Assembly: GCA_964358155.1 (NCBI GenBank)
Contig: CAYHPA010000002.1
Span: 3,406 to 67,405 of the forward strand
DNA from: an uncultured Chitinophaga sp.
GTDB lineage: Bacteria; Bacteroidota; Bacteroidia; Chitinophagales; Chitinophagaceae
Reading direction: 5' to 3'
DNA length: 64,000 nucleotides
Every line of letters begins with the position of its first letter. Positions within the stretch are counted from its first letter, which is position 1. Shown piece by piece: positions 37,345 through 46,888 of this stretch. Made by a program: the position numbers and the translations under genes. The notes under the pieces were generated by a model. It saw only the letters and a list, made by a program, of their open reading frames with translations, had not been told where the DNA came from and did no database searches.

Positions 37345-38238
37345 ATGAGAAAACAATTTTTGACGCTTATATTCCTGGGATGTGCCGGCCTTGTGTCTGC
37401 GCAGCAGTTGCAAACATCATCGTTGTACGATATGCAGGGTATATTTCACAACCCGTCAAGGGCAGGCGTGGGCACCAATATGGTAGGGGTTTCTTACCGC
37501 ACACAATGGAGCAGCATCAGCGGAAGCCCGAAAACAGCCACCGTGTTTGGCTCGTTTAACCTGCCATCCCTCAAAATAGGATTAGGCGGTTATATCTATA
37601 ATGATAAAACAGGCCCTACCTCCCGCACAGGTGTGCAATTGGCATTTGCCAAGCATATTCCGATGAACAACGATGCGGTGTTTTCATTGGGTATTGAAGC
37701 AAGGGGACAGCAGTATTCAATTGATAAGGCAAAACTGTCAGCAACACTTGGTGCCGATCCTGCAATAGCAGGGGCTGATAACAGGTTTGTGTTTGATGCA
37801 GGCTTTGGTATTTCTTATACAGGCAAAAGACTTCAGCTAGGCGCTGCTGCCTCTCAACTGGTTCAGTCCAAACTTGATTTTTATTCCGGCAATACTACCC
37901 GCAGCGAAGAAGGCCGCCTGTACCGTCATTATTATTTCCATGGCGGATATAAATGGAATGTGGATCCCGCTACTTCTATTACGCCTAATTTCCTGGTTAT
38001 TTATTTACCTAACTCACCAACAGAATACCAGTTTGGGGCACGGATAGAACACAACGACAGGTTCTGGTGGGGCGCCAGTTATCGCCTGAAGCAAAGCTGG
38101 ATGCTCTCCGCAGGGGTCCATGTAAACAAGAAACTGACGATTGGTTATTCCTTTGATATATACCAGACACCGGCCAGTGTATATGATGCCGGCTCCAATG
38201 CCCATGAAGTGCTGATGAGGTTTAATTTCTCAAAGTAA
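37345..38238 (+). CDS. PorP/SprF-family type IX secretion system membrane protein
   Basis: 297 aa with a signal peptide. The N-terminal SSLYDMQGIFHNPSRAG motif and the beta-strand-rich body are typical of PorP/SprF. It sits 29 nt downstream of a type-B cargo gene. Confidence 0.8.
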   Translation: MRKQFLTLIFLGCAGLVSAQQLQTSSLYDMQGIFHNPSRAGVGTNMVGVSYRTQWSSISGSPKTATVFGSFNLPSLKIGLGGYIYNDKTGPTSRTGVQLAFAKHIPMNNDAVFSLGIEARGQQYSIDKAKLSATLGADPAIAGADNRFVFDAGFGISYTGKRLQLGAAASQLVQSKLDFYSGNTTRSEEGRLYRHYYFHGGYKWNVDPATSITPNFLVIYLPNSPTEYQFGARIEHNDRFWWGASYRLKQSWMLSAGVHVNKKLTIGYSFDIYQTPASVYDAGSNAHEVLMRFNFSK

Positions 38239-38264
38239 GTTTAAAAGCAGATGGTTAAGGTTTA

Positions 38265-38298
38265 CAGCAGCTCCGCATTTGCGGGGCTGCTTTGTTTT
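38265..38298 (+). terminator. Rho-independent terminator after the PorP/SprF gene
   Basis: CAGCAGCTCCGCA TTT GCGGGGCTGCT stem-loop followed by TTGTTTT. Confidence 0.7.
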
Positions 38299-38335
38299 AT
38301 ATTAACCGTTAATTTTACTTCTATTCCAAAAACAA

Positions 38336-39178
38336 ATGTCAAACCTTAACATCACAATCATTCAAACCAATCTTCACTGGGAAGATAAAACCGCCAACCT
38401 GCAAATGCTGGAAGAAAAGATCAACAGCATAAAAGAAAAGACGGAAGTAGTGATATTGCCCGAAATGTTCAGTACCGGGTTTAGTATGAAGCCGGAACTG
38501 CTGGCCGAAACAATGGACGGCGAAACTTTGCAATGGATGAAGCGGATAGCGGCAGAAAAAAAGATTGTTCTTGCCGGTAGTGTTATTATAACAGAGCCGG
38601 GTCAGACGGAGACCGTCAGACCCTATTACAATCGGTTAATCTGGATGCTACCCAACGGGCAATATGGTATTTATGACAAACGTCATTGTTTTGCTTTTGC
38701 CGGAGAAGATGAACATTATACCGCAGGAACAAAACGGCTGATCGCTTCGGTAAAAGGCTGGAAAATTAATTTGCTGATATGCTATGACCTGAGGTTTCCG
38801 GTATGGGCGAGACAGTCCTCACCCCCAACCTCTCTCCACGGAGTGGAGAGGGGGCCGGGGGGTGAGGAGTATGATATCATAATATATGTAGCCAACTGGC
38901 CCGAAAGAAGAATACATGCATGGAAAACATTACTACAGGCAAGAGCTATAGAAAATCAATGTTATGTGGTTGGCGTGAACCGGGTAGGCGATGATGGAAA
39001 TGGTATTCATTACAACGGCGAGAGCATGGTTGCAGATCCACTGGGAGAAGTGCTTTACTGTAAAAAGGAGGATGAAGATATTTTCACAATTACTTTAAAT
39101 AAAACTCATCTTGAAGCAGTGAGATCAAAATTTCCCTTTTTAAGGGATGCGGATGAATTTAATATCCTGAATGAATAA
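38336..39178 (+). CDS. carbon-nitrogen hydrolase (nitrilase superfamily), YafV / omega-amidase-like, carrying a 17-codon in-frame repeat insertion
   Basis: ITIIQTNLHWEDKTANL, VILPEMFSTGF (catalytic Glu context), ICYDLRFPVW (catalytic Cys), YVANWP and RAIENQCYVVGVNRVG. Confidence 0.85.
   Translation: MSNLNITIIQTNLHWEDKTANLQMLEEKINSIKEKTEVVILPEMFSTGFSMKPELLAETMDGETLQWMKRIAAEKKIVLAGSVIITEPGQTETVRPYYNRLIWMLPNGQYGIYDKRHCFAFAGEDEHYTAGTKRLIASVKGWKINLLICYDLRFPVWARQSSPPTSLHGVERGPGGEEYDIIIYVANWPERRIHAWKTLLQARAIENQCYVVGVNRVGDDGNGIHYNGESMVADPLGEVLYCKKEDEDIFTITLNKTHLEAVRSKFPFLRDADEFNILNE
38817..38867. repeat. nested GC-rich palindromic element (51 bp) inside the hydrolase CDS
   Basis: The outer arms are CCTCACCCCC (38817-38826) and GGGGGTGAGG (38858-38867). 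The inner hairpin is CTCTCCAC gga GTGGAGAG (38832-38850). It encodes SPPTSLHGVERGPGGE in frame. Confidence 0.85.
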
Positions 39179-39192
39179 TAAGACAAAAAACA

Positions 39193-40704
39193 CTAATCGG
39201 GTTTCTTTTTCTCCTTATCCGCTTTTATCAACTCCATCGCTTTATCTAATTTATAATCGGCCCCCCGGCGAACAGCTTCCACAGTTGGCATAGCTTCCAC
39301 TTCAGGCTGTACACCTCTTCCGTTTTTTGGAACTGTCTTATCAATCACCAGCCGGAACAATGGCAGACGAAAACGGACACCTGTTTCCGGGAGTGTTACA
39401 TCGGGTATCAGCCAGGCTGAGTTACCATAAGCGCCGCCTCCCGTTTCTTCGCCAATCACGGTTACATTTTCCTGCTTTACAACCGAGCTTACAAACAAGG
39501 TAGTGGCGGAAAAAGAATTACCGCCGGTAAGTATATACACTTTTCCGTTGTAGTGATTGCCTTTCCTGGGTTTGAAATAATGCCGTTCAAAATATCCGAA
39601 GTGATAATAACCGTCTTTTCTTTTTTTAGTGAACAGGGTCATGAATAGCCGATTCCAGAAATGGTCTTTGATATAATGATTGTAGGAGCTTCCTTTTTTA
39701 ATGGAATAAAGCGTATCACAGATTTTAAAAGCGTCGTCTACAAGATACCGGCTGAGTAAAGTGGAATTGGTAACACTGCCACCGCCATTACTGCGCACAT
39801 CAATGATAAGATGTCCGATATTATTTTGCTTTAGTGTACGGAATGAGGCATGAAAAAATTGTCGTAACCCATATCCCCGGCCAAACGAGGAAAGGTCCAT
39901 CATGGCGGTATGGTTAACGGAATCAATCTTCAGCAGGCGTACAATACTTAGTTGCTGCCGCCTTCTTTCTCTTTTAGAAGGCTTCGGGATGCTGCTGAGC
40001 GGCCGGATAGCATTACGGTTAGCCGTGTCTGCTGCCGGAGTATAAACAGGAATGCTGGCTTCTTTTATTTGCCCGCCAGGGGCCAGGTATTCAACATTGT
40101 ATTTTTCAGAGGGGCCAAATACGGAGCTATATAATGAACCAAAATACCCACGGCTGCTTAATGCCTGCGATTTGTGTGTGGCATTATAGCCATCGGTGGA
40201 AATATAATCAAACAGGGTGTCGACGATCTCAGGCACAGGCCTTCCATTTATTTTTGTAATGACAGTGCCTCTTTTAAAAATGGAATCCCTCCTGTGGAGG
40301 TTTTGCGTTACTATCATCGTATCGTCCCACAGCTTCATACTTAGGGGAAATAACTTTCCCAGGCGGGCGGTATCGTTATATTTTATCCATGCTTTGGAAG
40401 AACGGACAGAGGTATGGCCGCAATTGATCTTTGCCGTAACATAGTTCAGCAGCTTGCGCAACTGCGGCTCGGTCATGGAATCTGTTAGCTGCTGCTGACC
40501 ATAGTTGAAATAATAATCCATGCTGTCTTTAGAAGTGTACCAGTACAGGCTTGGATGATGTTTTTCAAGAATATTCCGGTAAAGAGAATAATCTTTCTTT
40601 ACCTCCTGCAAAGAATATTTTTTATTGGGGGAAAAAGCCGATTTGTTAACGCCACAACTTGTGAGGAGGCATAAAATTGAAACAAATGATATTGGTGTTT
40701 TCAT
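39193..40704 (-). CDS. S41-family (tail-specific/C-terminal processing type) peptidase lipoprotein
   Basis: I chose the ATG at 40704 (MKTPISFVSILCLLTSCG). HLIIDVRSNGGGS and GGNSFSATTLF are S41-type motifs. The longer ORF to 40830 would overlap thiL. Confidence 0.75.
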   Translation of the reverse strand: MKTPISFVSILCLLTSCGVNKSAFSPNKKYSLQEVKKDYSLYRNILEKHHPSLYWYTSKDSMDYYFNYGQQQLTDSMTEPQLRKLLNYVTAKINCGHTSVRSSKAWIKYNDTARLGKLFPLSMKLWDDTMIVTQNLHRRDSIFKRGTVITKINGRPVPEIVDTLFDYISTDGYNATHKSQALSSRGYFGSLYSSVFGPSEKYNVEYLAPGGQIKEASIPVYTPAADTANRNAIRPLSSIPKPSKRERRRQQLSIVRLLKIDSVNHTAMMDLSSFGRGYGLRQFFHASFRTLKQNNIGHLIIDVRSNGGGSVTNSTLLSRYLVDDAFKICDTLYSIKKGSSYNHYIKDHFWNRLFMTLFTKKRKDGYYHFGYFERHYFKPRKGNHYNGKVYILTGGNSFSATTLFVSSVVKQENVTVIGEETGGGAYGNSAWLIPDVTLPETGVRFRLPLFRLVIDKTVPKNGRGVQPEVEAMPTVEAVRRGADYKLDKAMELIKADKEKKKPD

Positions 40705-40777
40705 TTTCGGATAACAAGGAAGTACAAAATACAAAGCTTTTTCAACTTTGGGGTTTGAAAGCTCCTTTCCGGCGGAA

Positions 40778-41812
40778 TTAAGGAGACATATGGTTCCAGC
40801 CCTGTGCGGTAATGGCATGCTTGCCGCCACCCTTTGTAATAATATGGACGCCCTGCTCCTCCTCAGTCATATATCCCACCACACTAATTTCTTCATTTAA
40901 AACCAACTTATCATAATCTGTTTGAGGAATGGTAAACAGCAGCTCATAATCCTCACCGCCACTTAACGCACAGGCAGTAGGGTCTATTTCAAATTTAAAG
41001 GCTGCTTTTTTCATTTCTTCAGCTACCGGTATTTTTTCTTCGTACAACACACAGCCCAAGCGGCTCTGTTTGCAGATATGCAGGATCTCAGAGCTTAGAC
41101 CATCGCTAATATCGATCATAGAAGTGGGAATAATTTCTTTTTCTGCAAAAAACTCAATGATATCTTTTCTTGCTTCGGGTTTCAGCATCCGGCCAATTAC
41201 ATACGATTCTCCTTCCAGGTCGGGTTGAACTCCCGGGCTTTCCATGAATATTTTCTTTTCTCTCTCCAGGAACAAAAGGCCTACATAAGCGCCTCCCAGG
41301 TTGCCGCTTACACAAAGCAGATCACCTTTTTGAGCAGTGCTTCTTTTTACAAATTTATCCGGTGCCACCTCGCCAATGGCGGTAACGGATATGATAAACC
41401 CTTTTTGCGAAGATGTGGTATCGCCGCCCACCAGGTCCACATTATACTTATTGCAGGCAGCATAAACGCCTTCATAAAATTCGTTCATCGCCTCCAGGCT
41501 GAAGCGGTTGCTGATGCCGAGGCTTAATGTTATTTGTGTGGGAATTGCATTCATTGCATAGATATCACTCAGGTTAACAATGACGCTTTTATAGCCAAGA
41601 TGTTTCAGCGGGGTATATGCCAGGTCGAAATGTACCCCTTCCACAAGCAGGTCGGTTGTTACAACAGTTTGTTTGCCGAAATGGTCAATCACCGCCGCAT
41701 CATCGCCCACACCCAGCACGGAAGATGCGTTTTGCAATTCAATATTTTTAGTCAGGTGTTCTATCAGTCCAAATTCTCCCAGTGACGATATTTCAGTTTT
41801 TTGCTCGCTCAT
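40778..41812 (-). CDS. thiL: thiamine-monophosphate kinase
   Basis: LGEFGLIEHL, VLGVGDDAAVI, TTDLLVEGVHF and the AIR-synthase-like fold motifs (VGGDTTSS) are present. Confidence 0.9.
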   Translation of the reverse strand: MSEQKTEISSLGEFGLIEHLTKNIELQNASSVLGVGDDAAVIDHFGKQTVVTTDLLVEGVHFDLAYTPLKHLGYKSVIVNLSDIYAMNAIPTQITLSLGISNRFSLEAMNEFYEGVYAACNKYNVDLVGGDTTSSQKGFIISVTAIGEVAPDKFVKRSTAQKGDLLCVSGNLGGAYVGLLFLEREKKIFMESPGVQPDLEGESYVIGRMLKPEARKDIIEFFAEKEIIPTSMIDISDGLSSEILHICKQSRLGCVLYEEKIPVAEEMKKAAFKFEIDPTACALSGGEDYELLFTIPQTDYDKLVLNEEISVVGYMTEEEQGVHIITKGGGKHAITAQGWNHMSP

Positions 41813-42588
41813 AATTCTTTTTGATTATTAATTACTTCCAGCATTTCATCATGGATCTTTCCATTTGTTGCAAGAACTTTATGCTGGTAAACGGAAAATT
41901 TATTTCCTGCGAGATCGGTTACTTTTCCGCCCGCCTCTTCCACAATCAGGTAACCAGCCGCACTGTCCCATGCTTCCAGCTTGTGTTCATAAAAACCATC
42001 AAACCTGCCACAGGCTACCCAGCAAAGATCAATGGCGGCGGAGCCAAGCCTTCTCACCGGCACACCTTTGCGGACGAAACGTTCAAATATTTCAAGCGGG
42101 CCGTTGGTTGCATTGATATAAGTGTACGGAAAACCGGTTACCAAACAGGCATGAATAGCTTTTGTCTGTTCGCTTACATAAATTGGTTTATCGTTCAATG
42201 TGGCGCCTTTCCCCTTTTCTGCAAAAAATAATTCGTTGATATGCGGATTGTACACGGCAGCCATTACAATTTCTCCTTTGTGCTCAATGGCGATGGAAAC
42301 ACAATTCAGCGGAATGCCATGTGCAAAATTGATAGTGCCGTCAATCGGGTCAATGATCCATTTGTAAGGAGAGTCCTGCGCAATCTGCCCCGCTTCTTCG
42401 CTTAATATATAATGGTCTGGAAAAGCAGATCTGATAACATCAATAATGGCTTTTTCTGAAGCATGATCGGCTTCGGTAACAAGATTATTGACACCTTCTT
42501 TATTGCTTACTTTAAAGTCCTGGTTGAAAAAGCGGAGTATTTCTGCAGCACCTGCCCTAACGGATCGTATCAATGTTTCTTTCAGCAT
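41809..42588 (-). CDS. inositol monophosphatase family protein (SuhB-like)
   Basis: I chose the ATG at 42588 (MLKETLIRSVRAGAAEIL). Motifs are ILSEEAG, WIIDPIDGTINF and the C-terminal WDSAAG. The stop overlaps the thiL start by 4 nt. Confidence 0.85.
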   Translation of the reverse strand: MLKETLIRSVRAGAAEILRFFNQDFKVSNKEGVNNLVTEADHASEKAIIDVIRSAFPDHYILSEEAGQIAQDSPYKWIIDPIDGTINFAHGIPLNCVSIAIEHKGEIVMAAVYNPHINELFFAEKGKGATLNDKPIYVSEQTKAIHACLVTGFPYTYINATNGPLEIFERFVRKGVPVRRLGSAAIDLCWVACGRFDGFYEHKLEAWDSAAGYLIVEEAGGKVTDLAGNKFSVYQHKVLATNGKIHDEMLEVINNQKEL

Positions 42589-42633
42589 GGGCAAATATAC
42601 CAAACCTGAAGCGCAGAAAGGAGGCAGGTAATT

Positions 42634-44628
42634 TTGAGGACACCCCGAAAACTTCGTACTTCGTGGCTTATACACAGCGCTACATTGGAACTCTCTGTCA
42701 TCATCGTTAACTATAATGTCAAGCATTTTCTTGAGCAATGTCTTTTTTCTGTACAAAAGGCGACAGAGGGGTTGCGGGCAGAAGTGATCGTGGTGGATAA
42801 TCATTCATCCGACAACAGTATTGAATACCTGGCTCCTGCATTTCCTTCCGTAAAATTTATTGCCAGTAAAGAGAACCTGGGTTTTGCCAAAGGTTGTAAC
42901 AGGGGCCTGGCGGAAGCATCGGGGCGCTATATTCTTTTTTTAAATCCCGATACACTTGTTCCGGAAGATTGTTTCAAAAAATGTATCTCCTTTTTTGAAT
43001 CGCATCCGGATGCGGGAGCCCTTGGAATAAAAATGCTGGATGGCCGGGGCCGTTTTCTCAAAGAATCCAAAAGGTCATTCCCCTCTCCGGCCACATCGTT
43101 GTATAAACTATTTGGTCTTGCAAGGCTGTTTCCCCGTTCCAAAACATTTGCAAAATATCATCTTGGAAATTTGAATGAGAACGAAGACCACGAAGTGGAT
43201 GTGCTGGCCGGCGCATTTATGATGGTGAGAAAGGGGGTACTCGACAAGATCGGCAGTTTTGACGAAGTATTCTTTATGTATGGCGAAGATGTGGATCTGA
43301 GCTACCGTATTCAAAAGGCCGGGTATAAGAACTATTATTTCGCAGGCAGCAATATCATTCACTTTAAAGGAGAAAGCACCCGCAAAGGAAGCATGAACTA
43401 TGTGCGGATGTTTTATAAAGCTATGAGCATATTTGTCCGAAAGCATTACAGCGGCGGCCGTGCAGGTTTTTTTAATTTGATGATTCAGTCGGGAATATGG
43501 CTGAGCGCTGTCGTCGCTGCTACAGGCCATTTCATCCGGCGTATTGGTTTGCCTTTGATTGATGCGGGCATCATCCTGCTATCTTTCTGGCTGATGAAAA
43601 ACGTATGGGTAACCTGGGTAAGGCCCGAGACAGAATACGAACAACGGTTATTGTGGGTTGCTTTTCCGGCGTATACATTATTTTATCTTCTGGCGGCTTA
43701 CTATGCCGGGCTTTATGACCGCTGGTACAAACGGTCTGAGCTTATTAGCTCCACACTGTTTGCCACGGTAATTTTGCTGGCTGCTTACGCATTATTGCCC
43801 GAACGATTGCGATTTTCAAGAGGCATTTTACTGTTCGGATCAATATTGGCATTTGTACTCATCAGTATTTTGAGAGGGATACTTATAAGATCAGGAGTGC
43901 TGAGCAGCAACAGTCAAAGAGAAGAAAATGCAAATACTTTTATTGTTGGTTCAGCGGAAGAATATAAAAAAACAACCGGGCTGATAGAAGCAGCCGGCTT
44001 ACAGGAAAGGATATTGGGCAGGGTGGCCGTAAATGAAAAAGATGAATCTGCTGTCGGACATTTTCAAAAATTGAATGAACTGTACCACAGCATCAGTTTC
44101 CGTGAATTGATATTTTGCGAAGGAACATTGTCGTTCTCTGATATCATTAAAGAAGTAAGGCGGCTGCCGCGGGGGATCCGGGTAAAATATCATGCATCCG
44201 GCAGCAACAGCATCGTAGGCAGCGATTCAAGAAATACATCGGGTGAAGCCCTGTCAAAAGAAAATGGGTTTAAACTGAGCAACCCGTATAGTAAACGGTT
44301 AAAAAGATTGATAGATGTGTTTGTTTCTTTTTTTGGCCTCATCGGTTTTCCTGTTCACCTTATCGTGGTCAAAAAGCCATTCCGTTTTTTCTCCAGCTGC
44401 TTTTCGGTTTTGTTTGCACAAAAAACATGGATAGGATATTCAACCGAAGAAAAAAAACTTCCCAAACTCAGGAAAGGCATAATAGCCTGTAACGGGGTCA
44501 CATTAACTTCGAAACAACTACTGCCAGCCGAAAACCTGCAAATGATGGACTATTGGTATGCCCGGGACTATGAGCCCTCCAATGATCTGAAATTATTATG
44601 GAAAATGTACCGGCATCTTGGAGGATGA
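42634..44628 (+). CDS. family-2 glycosyltransferase fused to a membrane region and a degenerate sugar-transferase-like C-terminus
   Basis: LSVIIVNYNVKHFLEQCL, VVDNHSSDNS and LFLNPDT are GT2 features. TM helices come after residue ~290. KRLKRLIDVFVSFFGLIGFPVHLIVV resembles the start of a bacterial sugar-transferase domain, but the later conserved motifs are absent. The TTG start at 42634 is uncertain. Confidence 0.7.
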   Translation: MRTPRKLRTSWLIHSATLELSVIIVNYNVKHFLEQCLFSVQKATEGLRAEVIVVDNHSSDNSIEYLAPAFPSVKFIASKENLGFAKGCNRGLAEASGRYILFLNPDTLVPEDCFKKCISFFESHPDAGALGIKMLDGRGRFLKESKRSFPSPATSLYKLFGLARLFPRSKTFAKYHLGNLNENEDHEVDVLAGAFMMVRKGVLDKIGSFDEVFFMYGEDVDLSYRIQKAGYKNYYFAGSNIIHFKGESTRKGSMNYVRMFYKAMSIFVRKHYSGGRAGFFNLMIQSGIWLSAVVAATGHFIRRIGLPLIDAGIILLSFWLMKNVWVTWVRPETEYEQRLLWVAFPAYTLFYLLAAYYAGLYDRWYKRSELISSTLFATVILLAAYALLPERLRFSRGILLFGSILAFVLISILRGILIRSGVLSSNSQREENANTFIVGSAEEYKKTTGLIEAAGLQERILGRVAVNEKDESAVGHFQKLNELYHSISFRELIFCEGTLSFSDIIKEVRRLPRGIRVKYHASGSNSIVGSDSRNTSGEALSKENGFKLSNPYSKRLKRLIDVFVSFFGLIGFPVHLIVVKKPFRFFSSCFSVLFAQKTWIGYSTEEKKLPKLRKGIIACNGVTLTSKQLLPAENLQMMDYWYARDYEPSNDLKLLWKMYRHLGG

Positions 44629-44666
44629 AACATTGCGTAACTTTAAACCGAACACCCAACCACTGA

Positions 44667-46199
44667 ATGGCAAATATCATTGACATTAAACTACCAAGGG
44701 CAATTGCTGCAGCGCTAAGGATTCCTCCCAATGACCCCCGACGCCAGCAGATAAGGGTGTTGAAAAAATTATTGAAGAAAGCCCGCTTCACCGAATTTGG
44801 CCAGCACTATCGTTTTGATGAAGCTTTATTAAGCCGCCATCCTGCCAAAAGATTTCAGGAGCTGGTGCCTGTGCATGATTATAATAAGATATATAACGAA
44901 TGGTGGAAGAAAACACTGGATGGAGTGTCAGATGTGGCATGGCCGGGAAAGATTAAATACTATGCACTTAGTTCCGGCACATCCGAAGCTGCCAGCAAAT
45001 ATATTCCTGTAACGAAAGAACTGTTGAGGAGCAACACCGTCAACTACCTACGGCAGTTAATCAGCCTTATTAAATATGAAGATGCCAATAAAAGGGCGAT
45101 GACAAAAGGCTTTTTAGCAATTGGCGGAGCCACCGATCTTAAAAAAGGAAATGCCGGATGGTATGCGGGTGATCTGAGCGGGATATTGGCTAAGAAAAGA
45201 CCATTCTGGTTCCAGAGTTTTTATAAACCGGGCGGCCGCATTGCTGCACTCAGCGACTGGAATCAAAAACTGACTGAAATAGTGGAACATGCCAAAGAAT
45301 GGGACATCGGCTATATCGTTGGCGTGCCTGCCTGGTGCCAGATGTGTATGGAAATGGTAATAGAACATTACAAAGTGAAAAACATTCATGAGATATGGCC
45401 CAACTTCAGCTTCTTTGTACACGGCGGTGTTGCATTTGAACCGTATAAAAAGGGATTTGAGAAATTATTAGGCAAACCCATTGTTTATATTGAGAATTAT
45501 CTTTCCAGCGAAGGGTTTATTGGATATAAAACAAGGGAACATGCCAAAGGCATGAAACTGATCCTGGATAATAATATTTTCTTCGAATTTGTTCCCTTTG
45601 ATGATAAGAACTTTGACCATGATGGAAACATTATTGCCAATCCCGATGCAAAAATGATACATGAAGTGGAGGAAGGAAAGGAATATGCACTGCTGATGAG
45701 TACCAATGCGGGGTCGTGGCGGTATATACTCGGAGACACCATCAAATTTGTTGACCTGGAAAGAAGTGAAGTGGTGATAACGGGCCGCATCAAACATTTT
45801 CTCAGCCTTACCGGCGAGCACCTGGGTGTGGAGAATATGAACAAAGCAATTGAATTAGTAAGCGAGGAATTCAATATCAGTATCCCTGAGTTCACGGTGG
45901 TCGGCTTTCCCTACGAGAACTTTTTTGCCCATCGCTGGTATGTGGCCACTAATGATGCGGTGGATGCAGAACAACTCCGCAAACGCATTGATGAGAACCT
46001 GAGGATGCTGAATGACGATTATGCCGTGGAAAGGGACAGTGCCCTGAAAGCTGTTTTCCTGGAAGTGCTGCCAGAAGAAAAATTCATGAAGTTCATGGAG
46101 CTGAAAGGCAAACTGGGCAGCCAGCATAAATTTCCAAGAGTGATGAAGGGGAAGATGCTGGAGGAGTGGAACCGGTTTCTGGAAACGGGGCATATTTAA
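44667..46199 (+). CDS. GH3-family (acyl-adenylate-forming, auxin-responsive-promoter family) protein
   Basis: 510 aa. FTEFGQHYRFDE, VPVHDYNKIY and YYALSSGTSEAASKYIPVT match the bacterial GH3 family layout. Confidence 0.7.
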   Translation: MANIIDIKLPRAIAAALRIPPNDPRRQQIRVLKKLLKKARFTEFGQHYRFDEALLSRHPAKRFQELVPVHDYNKIYNEWWKKTLDGVSDVAWPGKIKYYALSSGTSEAASKYIPVTKELLRSNTVNYLRQLISLIKYEDANKRAMTKGFLAIGGATDLKKGNAGWYAGDLSGILAKKRPFWFQSFYKPGGRIAALSDWNQKLTEIVEHAKEWDIGYIVGVPAWCQMCMEMVIEHYKVKNIHEIWPNFSFFVHGGVAFEPYKKGFEKLLGKPIVYIENYLSSEGFIGYKTREHAKGMKLILDNNIFFEFVPFDDKNFDHDGNIIANPDAKMIHEVEEGKEYALLMSTNAGSWRYILGDTIKFVDLERSEVVITGRIKHFLSLTGEHLGVENMNKAIELVSEEFNISIPEFTVVGFPYENFFAHRWYVATNDAVDAEQLRKRIDENLRMLNDDYAVERDSALKAVFLEVLPEEKFMKFMELKGKLGSQHKFPRVMKGKMLEEWNRFLETGHI

Positions 46200-46206
46200 G
46201 TTTGCA

Positions 46207-46235
46207 AACCTCTTTAATCTGAAAGAGGTTTTTTA
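46207..46235 (+). terminator. Rho-independent terminator after the GH3-family gene
   Basis: AACCTCTTT aatctg AAAGAGGTT followed by TTTTT. Confidence 0.75.
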
Positions 46236-46255
46236 CTTTTAGTCATTACTATCGC

Positions 46256-46888
46256 ATGACAGAAGCTATCATCAAAGGCCTGACCTTCGGTTTATTACTG
46301 AGCATCTCAGTGGGCCCCGTATTATTTACCATCATCAAGCAAAGCCTCAACAACGGACACCGGGGCGGCCTCACTTTTGTTTTTGGTGTTTCTGCCAGCG
46401 ATATTACCATGGTGTTGCTTGTCAATCTCTTCACTACACTTTTTGAACAATTAAAGGCACACAAATACCTGGTGGGAATAGCAGGATGCGTTTTCCTGGT
46501 GGCCACCGGCATTTACTTTCTTTTTTTCAAAAAAGTAAAAGTGAATGAGGAAGGAAAACAGGTCTTTAAATTCCGGAAACGGGATTATGCCAAAATATTT
46601 TTCTCCGGCTATTTTATGAATACGCTGAACCCTTCAGTATTTATTTTCTGGATATATGCCTCTACTGCCATCATTGACCTTACACTTAATCAAAAAATTA
46701 TAGCCTTTGCGACCTGCCTGATATGGATGCTGGGCACCGATATACTCAAGGTTTTCCTGGCAGGCAAAATAAGGAACCGGCTTACACCACATAATATCCA
46801 TATTATTAACCGGGTCAACGGGCTGTTATTAATTGTTTTTGGTATTGCCCTTGTATGGGGACTTATCATTTATGGCGAACGCATCTGA
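46256..46888 (+). CDS. LysE-family amino-acid exporter
   Basis: 210 aa with about six TM helices. The N-terminus MTEAIIKGLTFGLLLSISVGPVLF is typical of LysE/RhtB translocators. Confidence 0.7.
   Translation: MTEAIIKGLTFGLLLSISVGPVLFTIIKQSLNNGHRGGLTFVFGVSASDITMVLLVNLFTTLFEQLKAHKYLVGIAGCVFLVATGIYFLFFKKVKVNEEGKQVFKFRKRDYAKIFFSGYFMNTLNPSVFIFWIYASTAIIDLTLNQKIIAFATCLIWMLGTDILKVFLAGKIRNRLTPHNIHIINRVNGLLLIVFGIALVWGLIIYGERI

Noticed and set aside
41800-41830. A TPP riboswitch expected upstream of a thiamine gene (thiL).
   Set aside because: The thiL start overlaps the stop of the upstream inositol monophosphatase gene by 4 nt, so there is no leader in which a riboswitch could reside.
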